Below are positions 41,152 to 50,937 of a stretch of 64,000 bases of DNA, one piece after another (the first letter of the stretch is position 1; the number at the start of each line of letters is the position of its first letter). The position numbers and the translations under genes are program-made. The stretch lies in assembly GCA_050950505.1 (NCBI GenBank), contig JBMNHS010000001.1, forward strand, positions 768,001 to 832,000, in the 5' to 3' direction. Origin of the DNA: Candidatus Methanomethylophilaceae archaeon (GTDB lineage Archaea; Thermoplasmatota; Thermoplasmata; Methanomassiliicoccales; Methanomethylophilaceae). Under the pieces are notes generated by a model. It was not told the DNA's origin. It saw nothing but the letters and a program-made list of their open reading frames with translations, and ran no database searches.

Positions 41152-42726
41152 ATGACAGAATTGAAAGTTATGCCTGAAATGTTCTGCTTCCAGTGTGAGC
41201 AGACGGCCAAAGGCACCGGGTGCACCGGAAAGGCGGGAGTATGTGCGAAATCTTCTGAAGTAGCCAATTTACAGGACGAACTGATTTCGGCATTGGTGGA
41301 TTTGGCCTTTGCGGCCAAAGGAAAATCCGACGGAAAAACGGACGACATAGTCTCCGATGCTCTGTTCAGGACAATCACCAACGTGGACTTCAGTGCGGAA
41401 TCCGTCAAATCCCATATCGACATTGCCGCAAAGGAAGCCGAGAGATACGGATTCGATGGAGCCAGATTCAAACTCTCCGACGTGTGGACCGGGGACGAAG
41501 ACATCAGATCTCTGAAGTCTTTGATACTTTTCGGCCTCAAAGGAATTGCCGCTTACGCATATCACGCAAAGGCTCTGGGTTACGAAGACCCCGAAGTTTA
41601 CGGATTCATGTATGAAGCCCTGAGAGCCATAGGATCCGATATGGGAATGGACGGACTTCTTCCTGTGGTCATGGCCACCGGCGAAGCCAATCTCAAATGC
41701 ATGAAGATTTTGGATCAGGCCAACACGGAAACCTACGGAGTGCCCGAACCCAACACCGTATCCATGAAAATTGAAAAGGGACCCTTCATTGTGGTCACCG
41801 GTCACGACCTGCTGGATCTGAAAATCCTTTTGGAACAGACTCAGGGAAAAGGCGTTGCGGTTTACACCCACGGTGAAATGCTCCCCGCTCACGGATATCC
41901 CGAACTCAGAAAGTACGACAATTTCAAAGGACATTTCGGCACCGCCTGGCAAAACCAGCAGAAAGAGTTCGACAACGTTCCCGCACCCATACTGTACACC
42001 ACAAACTGTCTCATGAAACCCAGGGACAGTTATTCCGACAGGATATTCACCACGGGACCCGTTGCGTATCCCGACACTTTGCACATCGGGGAGGACAAGG
42101 ACTTCACTCCCGTCATCGAAAAGGCGTTGGAACTCGGAGGATACCCCGAAGCCGTCCAGATGACCGGTGTGAACGGCGGAAAAACCGTTACCACCGGATA
42201 CTCTTCGGGCACGATTCTTTCCGTCGCCGACAAAGTGATCGAGGGCGTGAACGCCGGAGCCATCAAACACATCTTCCTGGTCGGGGGATGCGACGGCGCA
42301 AAGGCCGGAAGGAATTACTTCACGGACTTTGTCAAAAAGGCTCCCAAAGACACCCTCATACTGACGCTTGCCTGCGGAAAGTACAGATTCAACGATCTTG
42401 ACATCGGGGACATCGGCGGAATACCCAGAATCCTCGATGTGGGTCAGTGCAACGATGCCTACGGCGCCGTTGTTGTGGCTTTGGCCCTTGCGGAAGCGTT
42501 CGGTTGCACGGTCAACGAGCTTCCCCTGTCCATCGTGCTTTCCTGGTACGAGCAGAAGGCCGTTGCGGTGTTGCTCACGTTGCTCCACCTCGGCATACAG
42601 AACATCTATCTCGGGCCCACGCTTCCCGCCTTCGTTTCGCCCAACGTTCTCAATTACCTTGTTGAGAACTTCAACATCTCCCCCGTCGGAGACGTGGATG
42701 AAGACATGAAGAAGATGCTCGGCTGA
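41152..42726 (+). CDS. hcp: Hybrid cluster protein (hydroxylamine reductase)
   Basis: MFCFQCEQT, GHDL, THGEMLPAH, GGCDG, GQCND, SWYEQKA. Confidence 0.96.
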   Translation: MTELKVMPEMFCFQCEQTAKGTGCTGKAGVCAKSSEVANLQDELISALVDLAFAAKGKSDGKTDDIVSDALFRTITNVDFSAESVKSHIDIAAKEAERYGFDGARFKLSDVWTGDEDIRSLKSLILFGLKGIAAYAYHAKALGYEDPEVYGFMYEALRAIGSDMGMDGLLPVVMATGEANLKCMKILDQANTETYGVPEPNTVSMKIEKGPFIVVTGHDLLDLKILLEQTQGKGVAVYTHGEMLPAHGYPELRKYDNFKGHFGTAWQNQQKEFDNVPAPILYTTNCLMKPRDSYSDRIFTTGPVAYPDTLHIGEDKDFTPVIEKALELGGYPEAVQMTGVNGGKTVTTGYSSGTILSVADKVIEGVNAGAIKHIFLVGGCDGAKAGRNYFTDFVKKAPKDTLILTLACGKYRFNDLDIGDIGGIPRILDVGQCNDAYGAVVVALALAEAFGCTVNELPLSIVLSWYEQKAVAVLLTLLHLGIQNIYLGPTLPAFVSPNVLNYLVENFNISPVGDVDEDMKKMLG

Positions 42727-42831
42727 AATTGGTCAAATCAAACCGTTTCTTTGCGGCGAAGCATATTCCGTTGCTTCGCCGCCGCCTCCGGACTTCAGAC
42801 TGTCCGGAGGTTTTTGTTTTTTAAAAATCGA

Positions 42832-43872
42832 TTATTGCCAATACGTACGCCCCGCCTCGCCCATCATTATCGCGTTGGCGTCGGGGGTGGTCAAAGGCAT
42901 TTCGCATCCCGGCGCAAGTATCAGGCCGCCGTCGATGCCCGCGGCTTCGATGACTCCGTAGGATTCCCGCTTAACGTCTTCCGGGGTGGCCATCATCATG
43001 GTTTTTACCGGATCGACGTTGCCCATGATTGCCATGTTTCCGGCGCTCTTTCTGGCGGCGGCGGGGTCCACGGCATGATCGAAACTGAAACAATCGGTTC
43101 CGATGGCTTTGAGGGTGGACATGGTGTTCAGAGTGTCGCCGCAGATATGAACGAACGCGGGAACGTCTCTGTACGCCTTCACGTCTTTTATGATGCCTTT
43201 GATGGCATCTGCGGAATATTCCATGAACATGTCTTTGGAAATCAGATCCTCCGACGAAGTGGGGTCGGCCATCCACAGCACCGTCGCGCCGGCTTCGATC
43301 ATTCTCTGTTCCATTCTTGTGATGAGTTCGGTGACTTTATTCACGGCATCCCTGACGTAATCGGGATCCGTCAGAACATTGAACATCATGTTTTCCGCCC
43401 CCATCAGATATCCCGCCATGGTCAATGGGCCCCAGGAAAGACCGCAGATGTGCAGGTCTTCAGGGATGATTCTTGCCGTCTCTTCAAGACTTTCTATGAA
43501 AACCTTTGTGAAACGGGGGCATTCCGACGCTTTGAACGGATCGAATATCGCCAATTCATCCAATTCTTCGTGGTTGTTTACAATGGGTTCCGGAACCATT
43601 CCGTAATTGTCTTCGGGATAACGTACGTTACCGCCCATGTCCGTGAAAGGAATCTGCGAATCCAGAACGGGTTTCACGAAGTCCGATTTGGTTTTCATGG
43701 CATAATCGACGGACACTCTTGCGGAAAGCAAAGGGTCTTCCCTTGCCTGTGTTACGGTGTACCCCGCGCTGTGCGCTGCCGTAACTACGGCAAAATTGTT
43801 CACGGGGGTTCTGTCTATTGTTTCGAAATTCAATGCGGCTTCCACGGCCGCTCTGTGCCCGGCGTCTTTCAT
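42832..43872 (-). CDS. Second URO-D/MtaA-family methyltransferase
   Basis: DRTPV, GPLT, ADPT, HICG, GNVDP, APGC. Start set at ATG 43872. Confidence 0.82.
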   Translation of the reverse strand: MKDAGHRAAVEAALNFETIDRTPVNNFAVVTAAHSAGYTVTQAREDPLLSARVSVDYAMKTKSDFVKPVLDSQIPFTDMGGNVRYPEDNYGMVPEPIVNNHEELDELAIFDPFKASECPRFTKVFIESLEETARIIPEDLHICGLSWGPLTMAGYLMGAENMMFNVLTDPDYVRDAVNKVTELITRMEQRMIEAGATVLWMADPTSSEDLISKDMFMEYSADAIKGIIKDVKAYRDVPAFVHICGDTLNTMSTLKAIGTDCFSFDHAVDPAAARKSAGNMAIMGNVDPVKTMMMATPEDVKRESYGVIEAAGIDGGLILAPGCEMPLTTPDANAIMMGEAGRTYWQ

Positions 43873-44014
43873 ATGTGATACCCGTTGGGAACAAACGAAT
43901 CGTAAGATAATAACCGTTCCCCAGGAAACCGGATGCCGCATCCGAAACGAAAAGAAAAAAATGGGGAAACGGGATACTTCGAAGTACCCCGTGTTTGCGC
44001 ATTTTGAAAAAAAC

Positions 44015-44956
44015 TCAGAGCAGTCTGTCCGCGAGTCCGGCGTATATCAGCGGCAACGTAATCGTAGCGTCGCCTTCCACGGTCATTTTGCTCGCGTCGC
44101 TTTTCACTTTGCCCCAGGACACCGCCTCCCGAATGGGGGCTCCGGACAGAGAACCGTCGAATTCCTGTGCGGTGGTGAGATAAACGCAGTAGTCCAAGCC
44201 CTCACGGAACTGACTCCACCAGATGACGTGGTGTTTCGAAATCCCTCCGCCGATGATGATTGCGCCCATTTTTTCCGCTTCCATGGTCATTTCGGCCAAC
44301 ATCTGTTCGTCTCCGAAAAGGTCTATTCTCAATTCCCTGTGCATTTGGTAGTAAGTCCAGAGCTGGGATCCGAAAGAACCGTCGGTTATTCCGGGAACGA
44401 CGATGGGAACGTTCTTAAGATGGCATTGGTGAAGCAGACTGTCTTCGTGAACCATTCTTTTTCCCACCTCGTCTATGATTTTATGAGTGGTCATGTCTTT
44501 GCTTTCGGCAAAGATTTCATCGAACATGGGAAGAAGATTGTCTTCGAGAACGATGCCGTAACAGGAATCCGGAACCAGAATGTTTCCCAATCTGCTCACT
44601 TCATGGGCTCTGAGGTCGGCATCGTCCATCATGAAGTCCCCTTTGTAATACGAAGCGTAAGTCCTGGATATGTCGTGATCGAGAGTTCCGCAGGTGGTTA
44701 TGATCAAATCCACCATTCCGTTTCTCACCATGTCTACGATGACCCCCCTGGTCCCCGTCGCCATGATGCAGGCGGGGAAAGAAAGAACTCTGAGGCAGCC
44801 TTTTTCGGAAATCATGGTTTCCGCGATATCCGTGGCTTCGGCAAGTTTGCGGGCGGTAAAGCCTCCCGCATCTTTCATTGTAATCAACAAATCGTTTACG
44901 GTCATTCCTTTTTTGACCTTGATATCTTCTACGGGGATGAATTCCAATTCCGTCAT
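44015..44956 (-). CDS. dys: Deoxyhypusine synthase
   Basis: GGFTA, PGITDGSFG, GGGISKH, DGSLSGA...EAVSWGK, GDAT. Confidence 0.93.
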   Translation of the reverse strand: MTELEFIPVEDIKVKKGMTVNDLLITMKDAGGFTARKLAEATDIAETMISEKGCLRVLSFPACIMATGTRGVIVDMVRNGMVDLIITTCGTLDHDISRTYASYYKGDFMMDDADLRAHEVSRLGNILVPDSCYGIVLEDNLLPMFDEIFAESKDMTTHKIIDEVGKRMVHEDSLLHQCHLKNVPIVVPGITDGSFGSQLWTYYQMHRELRIDLFGDEQMLAEMTMEAEKMGAIIIGGGISKHHVIWWSQFREGLDYCVYLTTAQEFDGSLSGAPIREAVSWGKVKSDASKMTVEGDATITLPLIYAGLADRLL

Positions 44957-45060
44957 TAAAAACACCTTGAGTGTCCCTCTTAAATTCCGACGTTCATAAA
45001 AGGATTTTGGAAAGTCTCCAATCGCAACGATGATAAATTGCTACAGCATGAACGGGATTC

Positions 45061-45528
45061 GTGATCATAGCCGGCAGAAACAGGGATTACAAGGAAGTGG
45101 CCGAGTCGCTCAGGGCCAAGAAGGTTTTGATAATCACATGCAACACCTGCGTGAGACTGTGCGGAAACATCGGAGGCCGGAAAGCGGCGGAAGATCTCTC
45201 GGAGAAATTAATCGGTGACGGGATCGAGGTGACGGAAGTCATCGATGTTTCCGCCGCATGCATAGCGGAAAAGATCCGCAACAAACTGACGCAGTCGAAG
45301 ATTGACGCTTCCGACGTGATTTTGGCTTTAACCTGTCCATTGGGCGCTTCATCAATAGCGTCGGTGTCCGGAATCGATATTTTCAATCCTTTGGAAACCA
45401 TCGGAGTCGGATATCTCGATGAGGACGGAGTTCCGATTGTGGTGTCGGATTCCTGTGATTTCTCCGAAGAGACGCCCGCCGACGAAGCCGCGGAAGACGA
45501 AGGTCTGAAGATTTCACCCTTTGTGTGA
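45061..45528 (+). CDS. Cys-containing protein resembling the N-terminal half of MetV
   Basis: KKVLIITCNTCVRLCGNIGG, SAAC, DVILALTC. No C-terminal Cys cluster. Confidence 0.55.
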   Translation: MIIAGRNRDYKEVAESLRAKKVLIITCNTCVRLCGNIGGRKAAEDLSEKLIGDGIEVTEVIDVSAACIAEKIRNKLTQSKIDASDVILALTCPLGASSIASVSGIDIFNPLETIGVGYLDEDGVPIVVSDSCDFSEETPADEAAEDEGLKISPFV

Positions 45529-45599
45529 CATTTATGCGTTAATTGAAAACGACCCAAACCGGGTTTGAAACTCAATATCGAAAACGACGGAAATCCGTA

Positions 45600-45637
45600 A
45601 TTTAAAAAAGATAATGAACGGGGGAAAATCCCCCGTA
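45600..45637 (-). terminator. Hairpin ACGGGGGA-AAA-TCCCCCGT downstream of hppA
   Basis: 8-bp stem at 45618-45636, followed by a T-rich tract on the minus strand. Confidence 0.55.
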
Positions 45638-45651
45638 ATTGGTTTTTACGT

Positions 45652-47838
45652 TCAGATTACGTAGAGAACCGCCGTCACCATACAGATTGTGGGCAACAGC
45701 TTGATCAATACGTGAATCGAAGGTCCTGCGGTGTCCTTGAACGGATCGCCGACGGTGTCACCGACGACAGCCGCGTCGTGAGCGGGTGAACCCTTTCCTC
45801 CGTTCGAACCGGATTCGATGAACTTCTTGGCGTTATCCCAGGCACCTCCTCCGTTGTTGAGGAAGTTTGCCATAAGAAGACCGACAATGGTCGCGACCAC
45901 CATGAGAGCTCCCATTGCACCGGGTGCTTCCATGGCGAATTCGAGGGGCAAGACGTATCTGAACAGGAGACCGAAGACTATCGGCACGATGATGGGCAAC
46001 AATGCGGGGAGCACCATCTGTCTGAGTGCACCGCGGGTTGCGATATCAACACACTTGGCGTAGTCCGGATCGGAAGTTCCTTCCATGATGCCGGGGTCTT
46101 CCCTGAACTGTCTGCGGACTTCTTCGATCATTTCTCCGGCAGCCTTTCCGACTGCGCTGATGGCGAGAGACGTGAAGTAGAACACCAACACGCCTCCGAC
46201 CAGTCCGCCGACGAAAATCAGCGGGTTGCCGAAGTTGATGACCATGTTGTCCACAAGGCTTCCGCCCCTGATGTCCGCGACGATTTCGAAGAATGCGGCG
46301 AACAGCAGGAAGGACGCCAATGCGGCAGATGCCATGGCGTATCCCTTGGTAAGCGCTTTGGTGGTGTTTCCGGAAGCGTCCAAAAGATCGGTCCTGTCCC
46401 TGACTTCGTCGGGTTCGTTGCTCATTTCAACGATACCGCCCGCGTTGTCGGTAATCGGTCCGTAGGTATCTTCTGCGAGAATGAACGCGGAAGATGCCAA
46501 CATGGCGACGGTACCGATTGCGGTACCGTAGATTCCGAAGACGGTGGCGTTGACGCCTTCAGGCGCTCCGTAGTATCCGAGAACGAATGTGGATATGATT
46601 GCGATTACGATGCATATCACAGGCATCAAAGTGGATTCCATACCTACGGAAAGTCCCTTGATGATGTTGGTCGCGGGTCCGGTCTCAGAGGCTTCCGCGA
46701 TGCTTCTGACGGGTTTGTGGTCTCCCGTGTAATACTGTGTGATATACACAATCGTAAGAGCAAGCACAATTCCGACAACCGCGCATCCTGCGTAGTAAGT
46801 CCAGCTGGCGCCGGTCTCGTCTTTGAGCATCCAATACACGGCGAACACCGACGTAATCAGAATAAGAATCATGGTCACGTAGTAACCGCGGTTAAGAGCG
46901 GAGAACACTTCTTTGTCGGTGTCTTTGAGCCTTACGGTCATTATTCCGAGAACCGAAGCGATCAGTCCGAAAGCCATCACGACGATGGGCAGAAGAATCC
47001 AGTTCACGGACAGGTCTGTGCTTGTGGAAACCTTGAGCACGGCAAGACCGATGACCATGGATCCGATGATTTCGGCGGCGGTCGATTCGAATATGTCGGC
47101 TCCTCTTCCGGCGCAGTCGCCCACGTTGTCACCGACAAGGTCGGCGATGACGGCGGGGTTTCTGGGGTCGTCTTCGGGGATGCCTTCTTCGACTTTACCG
47201 ACAAGGTCGGCACCCACATCCGCGGCTTTGGTGTAAATACCGCCGCCGAGCTGGGCGAAAAGAGCAGCGAAGGACGCACCGAATGCGTAACCGATCACAT
47301 AGTGGAGTGTCTGAGTCATTCCTTCGGTATCTCCGGTTCCGTAAACCGCATTGTAAGCAAGGAATACGGCAAAGAGTCCGAGAATGCTGAGGGTGGATAC
47401 GATGATGCCTGAAACGGCACCTCCGCGGAATGCGGTTTTGAACGCATCGTTGAGCGATCCGCGGGCGGCGCTTGCGGTTTTGATGTTGGTGCTGACGGAG
47501 ACCTTCATTCCGATGAATCCGGAAAGAATGGAGAATCCCGCACCGATGAGGAACGCAATGGCCACCGGGTATCCTAGATATTTGCTCGTGGCTTCGGGGA
47601 TGCCTGCCAAGGCAATCAGCACAGCCACGATCACACTTATGATTCCGATTGTTTTGTATTGGCGTTGCAAGTACGCCATGGCACCGGTCTCAATCGCGTC
47701 TGAAATCTTCTGCATTTCGGGGGTTCCCGAATCTTTTTTCCGTATATCAAGCAGGAAATACACTGCGAAGATCAGGGCGATGACAACGGCAACAGGAATC
47801 ATGAAAAGCAGATTGTCTGTTGTTAGTAAGTCTATCAT
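45652..47838 (-). CDS. hppA: Membrane ion-translocating pyrophosphatase
   Basis: GGGIYTKAADVGADLVGKVE, DNVGD, GPITDNAGG, GNTTKA, GDTVGDPFKDT. Confidence 0.96.
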   Translation of the reverse strand: MIDLLTTDNLLFMIPVAVVIALIFAVYFLLDIRKKDSGTPEMQKISDAIETGAMAYLQRQYKTIGIISVIVAVLIALAGIPEATSKYLGYPVAIAFLIGAGFSILSGFIGMKVSVSTNIKTASAARGSLNDAFKTAFRGGAVSGIIVSTLSILGLFAVFLAYNAVYGTGDTEGMTQTLHYVIGYAFGASFAALFAQLGGGIYTKAADVGADLVGKVEEGIPEDDPRNPAVIADLVGDNVGDCAGRGADIFESTAAEIIGSMVIGLAVLKVSTSTDLSVNWILLPIVVMAFGLIASVLGIMTVRLKDTDKEVFSALNRGYYVTMILILITSVFAVYWMLKDETGASWTYYAGCAVVGIVLALTIVYITQYYTGDHKPVRSIAEASETGPATNIIKGLSVGMESTLMPVICIVIAIISTFVLGYYGAPEGVNATVFGIYGTAIGTVAMLASSAFILAEDTYGPITDNAGGIVEMSNEPDEVRDRTDLLDASGNTTKALTKGYAMASAALASFLLFAAFFEIVADIRGGSLVDNMVINFGNPLIFVGGLVGGVLVFYFTSLAISAVGKAAGEMIEEVRRQFREDPGIMEGTSDPDYAKCVDIATRGALRQMVLPALLPIIVPIVFGLLFRYVLPLEFAMEAPGAMGALMVVATIVGLLMANFLNNGGGAWDNAKKFIESGSNGGKGSPAHDAAVVGDTVGDPFKDTAGPSIHVLIKLLPTICMVTAVLYVI

Positions 47839-48126
47839 GAGTTAACCTCTGAGCTTTGCTTTCGTTAGTAACTCCTTATATTTATAGTACTCCTGGTAAA
47901 GAATTACGCAAAATAGGTAAAATATATAGATTCTGACAGTTTTCTTTCTGTGTCAAAATCATATCTGGCACATAAAAGGGGTTCAATCGACGATATCGGA
48001 GATATATATTTTCAAAAACCCTGTTTCGGATAACCCCGCTCTTTATCGCAGCGGGGCCGTATCACCGCGCGTACGAATCAGTTTTATATAAGAGGTGTCT
48101 AATCCAACATCCAGGAGTTCTATCGT

Positions 48127-48687
48127 ATGTATATAATGGCAGAAGCCGAGAGGAAGGTCCGCATCCCCCCGAAAGATCTGGGGGAAGACATCAGTGAGGC
48201 AATCGACAATCTCACTTGGGACACTTACGAAGGCAGATTCAACGAGGATAAGTCATTGACCGTTCTCATCAAAGACGTGGAGCCGGTAGGTCCGGGACGC
48301 ATTGTCCACGGCGACGGCGCAGTATATCAGACCGTCAGGTTCAACCAGCTCGTTTTCAAACTCAAAGACAACGAAGTGGTGGAAGGCGTAGTGGTTGAGA
48401 TTCTCAAGTTCGGCGCTTTCGTAAGATTCGGACCTTTGGACGGATTGTTGCACATAAGTCAGGTACTTGACGACCGTGTGGACATAGACGAGAACAACCA
48501 GAGACTCGTCGGCAAGGAATCCGGAAGATCCCTTTCAGTCGGCGACAGGGTAAGGGCAAGAATCGTCAGCATCGATCTGAACGACAAAAACCCTCAGGAC
48601 AGCAAGATAGGACTCACGATGCGTCAACCCGGTCTCGGCAAACTCCAGTGGATCGAAGAAGACAACGCCAAGAAGGAGGAAGCCTGA
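48127..48687 (+). CDS. rpoE1: RNA polymerase subunit E' (Rpo7)
   Basis: VRIPP, HGDGAVY, FGAFVRFGPLDGLLHISQ, IGLTMRQPGLGK. Confidence 0.95.
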   Translation: MYIMAEAERKVRIPPKDLGEDISEAIDNLTWDTYEGRFNEDKSLTVLIKDVEPVGPGRIVHGDGAVYQTVRFNQLVFKLKDNEVVEGVVVEILKFGAFVRFGPLDGLLHISQVLDDRVDIDENNQRLVGKESGRSLSVGDRVRARIVSIDLNDKNPQDSKIGLTMRQPGLGKLQWIEEDNAKKEEA

Positions 48688-48878
48688 TGGCATCAGTACT
48701 AAAAGCCTGCAAAGAATGCAGCTTCATATCCGAAGAGGATTCCTGTCCCCGTTGCGGCACCGCAACCACCAGGGAATGGCAGGGATACCTCGCGATAACG
48801 GACTACACCAAATCGGAAATCGCGGAACGCATGGGCATCAAGGCCAACGGCCGGTACGCCCTTAAGGTCAGGGTCTGA
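48687..48878 (+). CDS. spt4: Transcription elongation factor Spt4 (RpoE'')
   Basis: ACKEC, CPRCG, W.G, SEIA, GRYALKVR. Confidence 0.93.
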   Translation: MASVLKACKECSFISEEDSCPRCGTATTREWQGYLAITDYTKSEIAERMGIKANGRYALKVRV

Positions 48879-49387
48879 TGGAATTCCGGGACAGAACACT
48901 TCCCGACGATAAACGGGATCTGTTCAAAAAACCGATCGGACGCGATTTCAAAGAAGAAGAAATAATCAAACTCGACAAAGGTTCAAAACTTGTTACGGTC
49001 GGCGACGTGGTATCGCTGGTCGTCAGAAAGCACGGCGTCGTGCCCTTCCTCTCCATCTACGACGGAATGACGGAAAGGCACGAAATGACCGAATTCTCGT
49101 CCATGGTTGAAGAAAACCGGTGGGACGTGACCGAGGTCAGGAACCCTCCGGCGATGATAACCGCGGAGTTGCTCGAGGCCGTGAAAAACGCATTCGAGGG
49201 CAAAACCGACATAATAAAGGTGGAAGGAGAAGAGGATTTGGCAACCCTTGCCTGTATCCTGCTGGCTCCTTTCGGCACCCATATCGTGTACGGTTGGCCC
49301 GGGAAAGGAATGAAGCTTGTCACCACGGATGAGCTTGTCCGAAAAGAAGCAAAAACACTCATCGAAATGATGGAGGAGCTAGAATGA
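48878..49387 (+). CDS. GTP-dependent dephospho-CoA kinase (DUF359)
   Basis: TVGDVV, NPP..IT, VEGEEDL, YG.PG.G, and conserved context. Confidence 0.88.
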   Translation: MEFRDRTLPDDKRDLFKKPIGRDFKEEEIIKLDKGSKLVTVGDVVSLVVRKHGVVPFLSIYDGMTERHEMTEFSSMVEENRWDVTEVRNPPAMITAELLEAVKNAFEGKTDIIKVEGEEDLATLACILLAPFGTHIVYGWPGKGMKLVTTDELVRKEAKTLIEMMEELE

Positions 49388-49707
49388 AGATAGAGATAAG
49401 AGAGCAGAAAAAGAACCCTCTTTTCAAAAGGGAAGAGGTTCGCTTCGAGATTAATCACGCCGGCGAGGAAACCCCTACGAGGAACGCTGTCGCGGAAGAA
49501 ATCGCGAAGATATTCAAAGCGAAAAGAAGCAGCGTCGTCATCGACGAAATGAAAGGAAGATACGGCATCGGAGTTTCTGACGGATATGCGAAGGTATACG
49601 ACAGCAAGGAAGCCGCATTGGAGTTCGAGAATGAACACTTGCTTGCCAGAAACGGAATAGCCAAGGAAGAGTACGCTCCCGAAGCGGCCGAAGGATCTGA
49701 GGAATAA
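49384..49707 (+). CDS. rps24e: 30S ribosomal protein S24e
   Basis: [20 protein letters not shown]. Confidence 0.95.
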   Translation: MKIEIREQKKNPLFKREEVRFEINHAGEETPTRNAVAEEIAKIFKAKRSSVVIDEMKGRYGIGVSDGYAKVYDSKEAALEFENEHLLARNGIAKEEYAPEAAEGSEE

Positions 49708-49709
49708 AC

Positions 49710-49898
49710 ATGGCAGCTAAAAAACCGACCGAGAAAAAATCAGTCAAGAAAAGCAACGCATACAAAGTCGACGGCGACAAGGTCGAAAGAACCAAACCCG
49801 TCTGCCCCAAATGCGGTCCCGGTGTATTCATGGCAGTCCACAAGGACAGAACCGCCTGCGGTAAATGCGGTTACACCGAATTCAACAAGAAAGAGTAA
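49710..49898 (+). CDS. rps27ae: 30S ribosomal protein S27ae
   Basis: [23 protein letters not shown]. Confidence 0.96.
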   Translation: MAAKKPTEKKSVKKSNAYKVDGDKVERTKPVCPKCGPGVFMAVHKDRTACGKCGYTEFNKKE

Positions 49899-49998
49899 AG
49901 GCACTTCTTCATTCGGCTCCCACCCTCTCAACGGGAGCCTCAGGATCATTCCTGAATTGCCTGCTCTTCTTTCAATTACTTTTTACAATCCACATATT

Positions 49999-50074
49999 GG
50001 ACCTGTAGTATAGTCTGGATAGAATCGTGGCTTCCGGAGCCTCTGACCCGGGTTCGAATCCCGGCGCAGGTCCG
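49999..50074 (+). tRNA. tRNA-Arg (CCG) with a 2-nt insertion between T-stem and acceptor stem
   Basis: Acceptor GGACCTG/CAGGTCC, loop TT-CCG-GA, T-arm CCGGG-TTCGAAT-CCCGG followed by an extra CG. Confidence 0.8.
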
Positions 50075-50134
50075 CTCATTCTCCCGACATCTGTATCGAG
50101 TTTCATCCAATTTTCAATAATTGATACTGTTTCA

Positions 50135-50217
50135 TTGTGGCGTTTGTGGATTATTTGTTGTGGCGTTTGTGGATTATTTGTTGTGGCGTTTGTGGATTAT
50201 TTGTTGTGGCGTTTGTG
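50135..50217. repeat. 23-bp tandem repeat TTGTGGCGTTTGTGGATTATTTG x3.6
   Basis: Identical units at 50135, 50158 and 50181, partial unit at 50204-50217. Confidence 0.95.
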
Positions 50218-50937
50218 AAAATTTCGAGTAAGAGTTCAATATGGTTATTTCGAGAAACCCATGATACGTTTGATGTTTTGAGCATCCCATCAAGTTCGAA
50301 TACCGGCAGATTGTCCTATTCAAATTTAAATTTTTTAAACAACGGTCAGAGCTTTTTTCAAGGTATATTTAAATTTCTGGCACATTGAAAAACTATAATT
50401 TTTGTAAAAAGTACGAGATACGCAAGCAGCTCTCCAAGAATAAAATATAATCATCGGCCTGAGTTCAGAATTTTAAATTCAGTTCGATTGCAATTCCTTT
50501 CTACGTCATCCTACTTTCGCGACATTTCTGCTTTAGATATTAGTGTAATGGCGTTGCACTACTTTCATGTTAGAATCTTTAAGCTGCCAGAACATCGGTT
50601 CAGTTCATCATGTCGTTGAATACGGATTATTCGAAACAACCATTTACGAGAAGTAGTGATCTTTTCGAATGCTTGAGCGCGCGACCAGACCTAAATAACC
50701 AACATTCCAAAATTATTCTAAAACTATTCCAATGTTTAACTCCTTTTCAGACAAAGAATAAAACAATTTCTTCCTGATTTTCTGTAACTTTGTCCACAGG
50801 AACAGTTGAGATTCTTTCGCATTCCTCGTAAACGTAAGCATTCTAAGTATGAGGAAAATATCTGTTTCGATTAAATTCCGAAGTCAGCATTATAAACGAA
50901 CTTTCCGATATGAGGTACCAATTGTCGGTGGTATTGG

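Noticed and set aside
50135-50217. Possible CRISPR array or DnaA-box cluster
   Set aside because: The repeats are contiguous with no spacers and no cas genes nearby. TGTGGATTA is only an 8/9 match to a DnaA box, and the host is archaeal.
50220-50870. Fragmentary minus-strand coding-like sequence
   Set aside because: Many stops and no recognisable family. It may be decayed DNA but cannot be called.
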